Shown piece after piece: positions 50,918 to 55,163 of a stretch of 55,163 nucleotides of DNA. Within the stretch, counting starts at the first letter, position 1. The number at the start of each line of letters is the position of its first letter. The position numbers and the translations under genes are program-made. The notes under the pieces are model-generated. The model was not told the origin of the DNA and searched no databases. It worked only from the letters and a program-made list of their open reading frames with translations. Source of the DNA: an uncultured Rhizobium sp. (GTDB lineage Bacteria > Pseudomonadota > Alphaproteobacteria > Rhizobiales > Rhizobiaceae); the NCBI GenBank assembly GCA_945952245.1, contig CAMFHT010000001.1, positions 1 to 55,163 of the forward strand, written 5' to 3'.

Positions 50918-50934
50918 CTTGTCCTGAGGACAAG
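50918..50934. promoter_or_regulatory. Perfect palindrome CTTGTCCT-G-AGGACAAG upstream of the LysE-family gene
   Basis: 8-bp arms with a 1-nt centre, too tight for an RNA hairpin and typical of a dimeric-regulator site. Confidence 0.5.
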
Positions 50935-50948
50935 ATTGCGGGAAGCGA

Positions 50949-51860
50949 TCAGTTCCGCCGGCTGGCGACGAAGGCGGCGGCCTGCTTGAGGATGCCTGCC
51001 TTCTCGCCATAGGGTGCCAGCAGGTCATCGGCTTCCGAAACCAGGCGGGTAAGGCTCTCGCGCGCCCAGTCCTCGCCGTGCAGGGCGACGAGCGTGCCCT
51101 TGCCGCGGGCGGCGTCCTTCTGTGTCGCCTTGCCCAGGGTCGCGGCGTCGGCAGTGAGATCGAGGAGATCGTCGGCGAGCTGGAAGGCAAGGCCTATCTT
51201 CTCGCCGAAAAGCCTCAAGCGCTTTCGGTCATCGTCCGAGGCCCCGGCCAGGATGGCGCCGGCTTCGGTTGCAAACCGGATCAGCGCGCCCGTCTTCATG
51301 GCCTGCAGCCGGATGATTCCGGCCTCGTCCGGGCTCTCGCGTTCCGCATCGAGATCGAGCATCTGCCCGCCGGCCATGCCGCCTATGCCGGATGCGCGCG
51401 AGAGCGTAAGCACGAGCTCCACCTTGACGGCGGCATCGAGTGCCGTATCCGGTGAGGCAATCACGTCGAAGGCAAAGGTGAGCAGGCTGTCGCCCGCCAG
51501 AATGGCGGTTGCCTCGTCGAAAGCCCTGTGCACGGTGGGCTGGCCGCGCCTCAGGTCGTCGTCGTCCATGGCCGGCAGGTCGTCATGGACGAGGGAATAG
51601 CAATGCACGCATTCGAGGGCCGCTGCGACACGGAGAGCCGAAGCCCGCGGCGCATCGAAGAGGGCAGCGCTTTGCAGCACCAGGAACGGACGAAGCCGTT
51701 TGCCGCCGTTCAGAACCCCGTGCCGCATGGCAAGCCGCAGGCGCTCCGGCCGGGTGATCTCGTCGGCCGTCACGTCAACAGATAGAAGGCGGTCGAGAAG
51801 CGTCTCGATCTCCTTGGCTTCGGTCTGAAGCAATGTCTCGAAGGGCGGTGTCGTGCTCAT
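50949..51860 (-). CDS. ispA: Farnesyl/geranylgeranyl diphosphate synthase
   Basis: [39 protein letters not shown]. Confidence 0.95.
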   Translation of the reverse strand: MSTTPPFETLLQTEAKEIETLLDRLLSVDVTADEITRPERLRLAMRHGVLNGGKRLRPFLVLQSAALFDAPRASALRVAAALECVHCYSLVHDDLPAMDDDDLRRGQPTVHRAFDEATAILAGDSLLTFAFDVIASPDTALDAAVKVELVLTLSRASGIGGMAGGQMLDLDAERESPDEAGIIRLQAMKTGALIRFATEAGAILAGASDDDRKRLRLFGEKIGLAFQLADDLLDLTADAATLGKATQKDAARGKGTLVALHGEDWARESLTRLVSEADDLLAPYGEKAGILKQAAAFVASRRN

Positions 51861-52007
51861 GGCCCGCTCTTTGCCATGCCGGGGAGTGTGGAAGCAATGC
51901 TTTCCTTAAGCACGTGTCCCGTTTGGCAAAAGCCAAAGCTTTCCATGGCGGGCCAGTCAGGTTATGAGATGACATCGCGAAGGGGGCGGGTCGTCCAGTT
52001 GGGGCCA

Positions 52008-52760
52008 ATGGTGGATACGGTACCGGATATCGAGGTGGAGAGCGAGCAGCCGATGGCGAAGTCCAGATCTGCGCTTGCCGGTTTCGCATCCCGCTATGCC
52101 CGCCCTGGCATCAAGGCCCTGATCGCGCTCGTCCTCCTGCCCTACGCGCTGATCCTCCTCTATCTTCTGCCCTTCCTGCACCCCGTTTCCACCTTCATGC
52201 TGGCCGATCTCGCGCTCTTCAAGGGCTATGACCGCCGCTGGGTCTCGTTCAACGACATATCGCCCGTGCTGGTCCAGTCGGTCATGATGTCGGAGGACGG
52301 CCAGTTCTGCGCCCATAACGGCGTCGACTGGATACAGATGCGCGGCGTCGTCGACGATGCCCTGAAGGGACGGGCGACACGGGGTGCGAGTACGATCTCC
52401 ATGCAGACGTCGAAGAACCTCTTCCTCTGGAACGGGCGGTCCTTCATCCGCAAGGCCATGGAGATCCCGCTCGCACTCGCCTCCGATTTCGTCTGGTCCA
52501 AGCGGCGGATGATGGAGATCTACCTGAACATCGCTGAGTGGGGACCGGGCATCTACGGCATCGAGGCCGCGGCCCGCTATCATTTTAAGACGTCGGCCTC
52601 GAAACTCAGCCGCAAGCAGGCCGCTTTGCTTGCGGTATCCCTGCCGAACCCCTATGACCGCGTGGCGGGCAAGCCCGGCCGAGGGCTCCGCAGGCTTGCG
52701 GGCATGATCGAGCGCCGGGCGGTGGGATCGGGCGAATACATCAAATGCCTTTATGATTGA
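52008..52760 (+). CDS. mtgA: Monofunctional peptidoglycan transglycosylase
   Basis: [44 protein letters not shown]. Start uncertain (52008 or 52053). Confidence 0.9.
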   Translation: MVDTVPDIEVESEQPMAKSRSALAGFASRYARPGIKALIALVLLPYALILLYLLPFLHPVSTFMLADLALFKGYDRRWVSFNDISPVLVQSVMMSEDGQFCAHNGVDWIQMRGVVDDALKGRATRGASTISMQTSKNLFLWNGRSFIRKAMEIPLALASDFVWSKRRMMEIYLNIAEWGPGIYGIEAAARYHFKTSASKLSRKQAALLAVSLPNPYDRVAGKPGRGLRRLAGMIERRAVGSGEYIKCLYD

Positions 52761-52826
52761 CGTCAATTCAATTCGCTTTTCTCCCGGCCGAGCCCTCCCT
52801 AAGGTAGCTCGAACGGAGGATTTTGA

Positions 52827-53474
52827 ATGACTGACCTGACGCTCTACATCGGCAACAAGAACTATTCCTCGTGGTCCATGCGGCCCTGGCTGGCGCTGAC
52901 GGCCGCCAACATTCCTTTTCGCGAAGTGCTGATCCCCTTCGACATGAAGGCCGGCAATCCCCGCTTCCGCGACCTTTCGCCGACGGGCCGTGTGCCCGTG
53001 CTGCATCACGGCGATGTCAGGGTCTGGGAATCGCTTGCCATCATCGAATACGTGGCCGAACTCTTTCCGGATGCAGGGCTCTGGCCGGCTGACCGCGAAA
53101 CCCGTGCCCGTGCACGCTCGGTGTCGATGGAGATGCTCTCGGGCTTCACCGCGTTGCGTGGCGCCTGCCCGATGAACCTGCGGCGCCCGAAGCGGCGCAT
53201 CGACCTGCCCGAAGGCGTCGCCGCCAACGTTGCCCGTATCGAGGCGATCTGGAAGGATGCCCGCCAAAAGTCCGGCGGTCCCTTCCTCTTCGGTGCGTTC
53301 TCCGCCGCAGATGCCATGTACGGCCCCGTCGTCAACCGCTTCGAGACCTATGATCTGGTTTCGGATACGGAAACGCTCGACTACATGGCCGCCGTCAAGG
53401 CGCATCCGGCCTGGCGGAAATGGGAAGAGGCAGCCCTTGCCGAGACCTGGATCGTGGAGGAAGACGAGGCCTGA
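52827..53474 (+). CDS. Glutathione S-transferase family protein
   Basis: GNKNYSSWSMRPW, SPTGRVPVL, ESLAI, ADAMY. Confidence 0.93.
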   Translation: MTDLTLYIGNKNYSSWSMRPWLALTAANIPFREVLIPFDMKAGNPRFRDLSPTGRVPVLHHGDVRVWESLAIIEYVAELFPDAGLWPADRETRARARSVSMEMLSGFTALRGACPMNLRRPKRRIDLPEGVAANVARIEAIWKDARQKSGGPFLFGAFSAADAMYGPVVNRFETYDLVSDTETLDYMAAVKAHPAWRKWEEAALAETWIVEEDEA

Positions 53475-53634
53475 CCGGCGCATGCGGAGAGAATCCGCAA
53501 AAAATGCATTTGGGGCTGGTCAAAGCGCCAATGTGCATGTATAAGCCGCCCAAATTTCCGAGATTAAACCCTCCTGTCGCCGGCCTTGTTACGGCTGGGC
53601 AAGAGGGTTTTGCCCGTCAAGTGGAGTAAGTCAA

Positions 53635-53820
53635 ATGGCTGTACCGAAAAGAAAAACAAGCCCGTCGAAGCGCGGTATGCGCCGTTCTGCTGACGGTCTG
53701 AAGGCATCGACCTACGTCGAGGACAAGAACTCCGGCGAACTGCGCCGTCCGCACCACATCGACCTGAAGACCGGCATGTACCGCGGTCGCCAGGTTCTGA
53801 CGCCGAAGGAAAGCGCATAA
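53635..53820 (+). CDS. rpmF: 50S ribosomal protein L32
   Basis: [18 protein letters not shown]...RPHH...GMYRGRQV. Confidence 0.98.
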   Translation: MAVPKRKTSPSKRGMRRSADGLKASTYVEDKNSGELRRPHHIDLKTGMYRGRQVLTPKESA

Positions 53821-53858
53821 TCAGCGCTTTCTGTCTGCGGACAGAAGATTGAACGAAG

Positions 53859-53887
53859 AGGCCGGCTTTCGCCGGCCTTTTTGTTTT
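53859..53887 (+). terminator. Intrinsic terminator after rpmF
   Basis: AGGCCGGC-TTTC-GCCGGCCT followed by TTTTGTTTT. Confidence 0.85.
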
Positions 53888-53999
53888 CCGGCTTTCGTTT
53901 CAGTCGTTGAAGTGGTTTTCTCTCATCGATTGCATCGCTTCGGCATTCCGGGCGTTTTGCAAGCATCGCTGCAACCGCTCCCTCTCGATGGATGAAATC

Positions 54000-54407
54000 A
54001 TGATCGCCGCCATTCCGCTGATGCTCGTTCCGCTTGCGCTCTACAATCTCGGCATGGTTGGACTTTTCGGAGGGGGCGGAGTGGCCGGGCTCGATCAGGT
54101 GCTGATCTCCGTTACCATGCTGTCGGGCGCGATCTGGACCCTCTCGGTCGGCGACGGCCTGATCCTCGTCGGCCTCGTCTTCCTGTTCATCGAGATCCTG
54201 AAATCCACGCGCAATTCTCAGGCCTCGCTGATGAACCACATGCTGTCGCTCCTGGTCTTTGTGGCCTTCCTGGTGGAGTTTCTGGCTGTGCGCGATGCGG
54301 CCACCCAGGTCTTTTTCATCCTGATGGTGATCGCCTTCATCGACGTCATCGCAGGATTCGCCATATCCGTTAGGACGGCGAGCCGGGACGTCTCCATCGG
54401 CCTCTGA
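54000..54407 (+). CDS. Hypothetical membrane protein
   Basis: About four hydrophobic segments; fills the gap between rpmF and phaR; start approximate. Confidence 0.8.
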   Translation: MIAAIPLMLVPLALYNLGMVGLFGGGGVAGLDQVLISVTMLSGAIWTLSVGDGLILVGLVFLFIEILKSTRNSQASLMNHMLSLLVFVAFLVEFLAVRDAATQVFFILMVIAFIDVIAGFAISVRTASRDVSIGL

Positions 54408-54431
54408 CGGGATAAGACGGATTCGGCAACG

Positions 54432-55007
54432 TTACAGGTTGTCGAGCTTCGTCTGCAGCGCCTTCAACTGTTCCTTGAGCTCGTCGATATCCTTGGCATC
54501 GGCCTTGCGGTTTTCCTTCTGGGCGGGCTGGCTGACGAAGGGCGAGAACATCTGCATGGCCTGCTGGAACATCTCGGTGTTCCGCTTCACCTGCTCTTCC
54601 ATCAGCTGCATCGGCGCCTGCAGGTTTTTCGTCAGAGGGTTTTCACCGAAGGCGCGGCTGATCTGCTCGCGCATCTGCACCTGCTGCTCGCCGAAGGCCT
54701 TCATGGAATGCTCGAGGAAGCTTGGCACCACCATCTGCATCTGGTCGCCGTAATAGGAAATCAGCTGCCGCAGGAAGGAAATGGGAAGCAGCGTGTTGCC
54801 GGTCTTGGATTCCTGCTCGAAGATGATCTGGGTCAGAACCGAGTGGGTGATGTCCTCGCCGGTCTTGGCGTCCTGAACGACGAAATCCTCGCCCTTCTTC
54901 ACCATGACCGCGAGATCGTCCAGCGTCACATAGGTGCTCGTTCCAGTGTTGTAGAGCCGCCGGTTCGCATATTTCTTGATGGTGATCTGGCCGTTGTTCT
55001 TTGCCAT
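54432..55007 (-). CDS. phaR: Polyhydroxyalkanoate synthesis repressor PhaR (AniA)
   Basis: IKKYANRRLYNTGTSTYVTL, DAKTGEDITHSVLTQII. Confidence 0.96.
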   Translation of the reverse strand: MAKNNGQITIKKYANRRLYNTGTSTYVTLDDLAVMVKKGEDFVVQDAKTGEDITHSVLTQIIFEQESKTGNTLLPISFLRQLISYYGDQMQMVVPSFLEHSMKAFGEQQVQMREQISRAFGENPLTKNLQAPMQLMEEQVKRNTEMFQQAMQMFSPFVSQPAQKENRKADAKDIDELKEQLKALQTKLDNL

Positions 55008-55097
55008 CTAGCACTCCCTGCCGCCCCGGCCGCACACGCCGGGACCCTCTCCGCAAGCGACTGTAAGCGCTAGAAATCCGCGTGACAATCCTCTTTG

Positions 55098-55106
55098 TGC
55101 GATGCG
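55098..55106. promoter_or_regulatory. TGCGATGCG, possible PhaR autoregulatory site
   Basis: Resembles TGC-N3-GCA PhaR-type sites and lies upstream of phaR; short and degenerate. Confidence 0.25.
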
Positions 55107-55163
55107 GGAAATGCTTTTGATTTATCGCAAAACTAGGACGAAAGCCGGTCTGGTATTTAGCCC

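Noticed and set aside
50900-50948. CAGGACAAG resembling part of the guanidine-III riboswitch
   Set aside because: The remaining consensus and pseudoknot pairing are absent; better explained as half of a DNA palindrome.
53635-53820. L32 lacking zinc-binding cysteines
   Set aside because: This is the usual form in rhizobia and sits in core-genome context.

Overview
High-GC chromosomal segment that reads as Rhizobiaceae (inferred from ndvB/ndvA, the expR-like gene between ndvA and pyc, and phaR/aniA). The left ~28 kb is a dense nitrogen-catabolism region with three modules. (1) N-methylglutamate-pathway genes: glxBCD/mgs, a GlxA regulator and soxBDAG/mgd-type genes. (2) A polar amino-acid ABC importer with an M20 hydrolase, divergent from amidinotransferase-family hydrolase, TetR, aruH-like and aruI-like genes. 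(3) An apparently uncharacterised TetR-linked cluster: two phytoene-desaturase-family flavoproteins, a GcvT-like protein, an 84-aa protein, a class III aminotransferase and an orphan Rieske oxygenase, with three copies of a shared TGAATGAWCGTTYA operator-like box. The right half is core genome: ndvB, ndvA, expR-like luxR, pyc, MFS, iorAB-like, ispG, hisC, lysE-like, ispA, mtgA, GST, rpmF, phaR. Notable oddities are an in-frame TAG near the 3' end of glxB, a miniature PAS-MCP-tip protein and two small ORFs. I saw no rRNA, tRNA, CRISPR array or mobile element. All family calls come from motif recognition by eye, not database searches.
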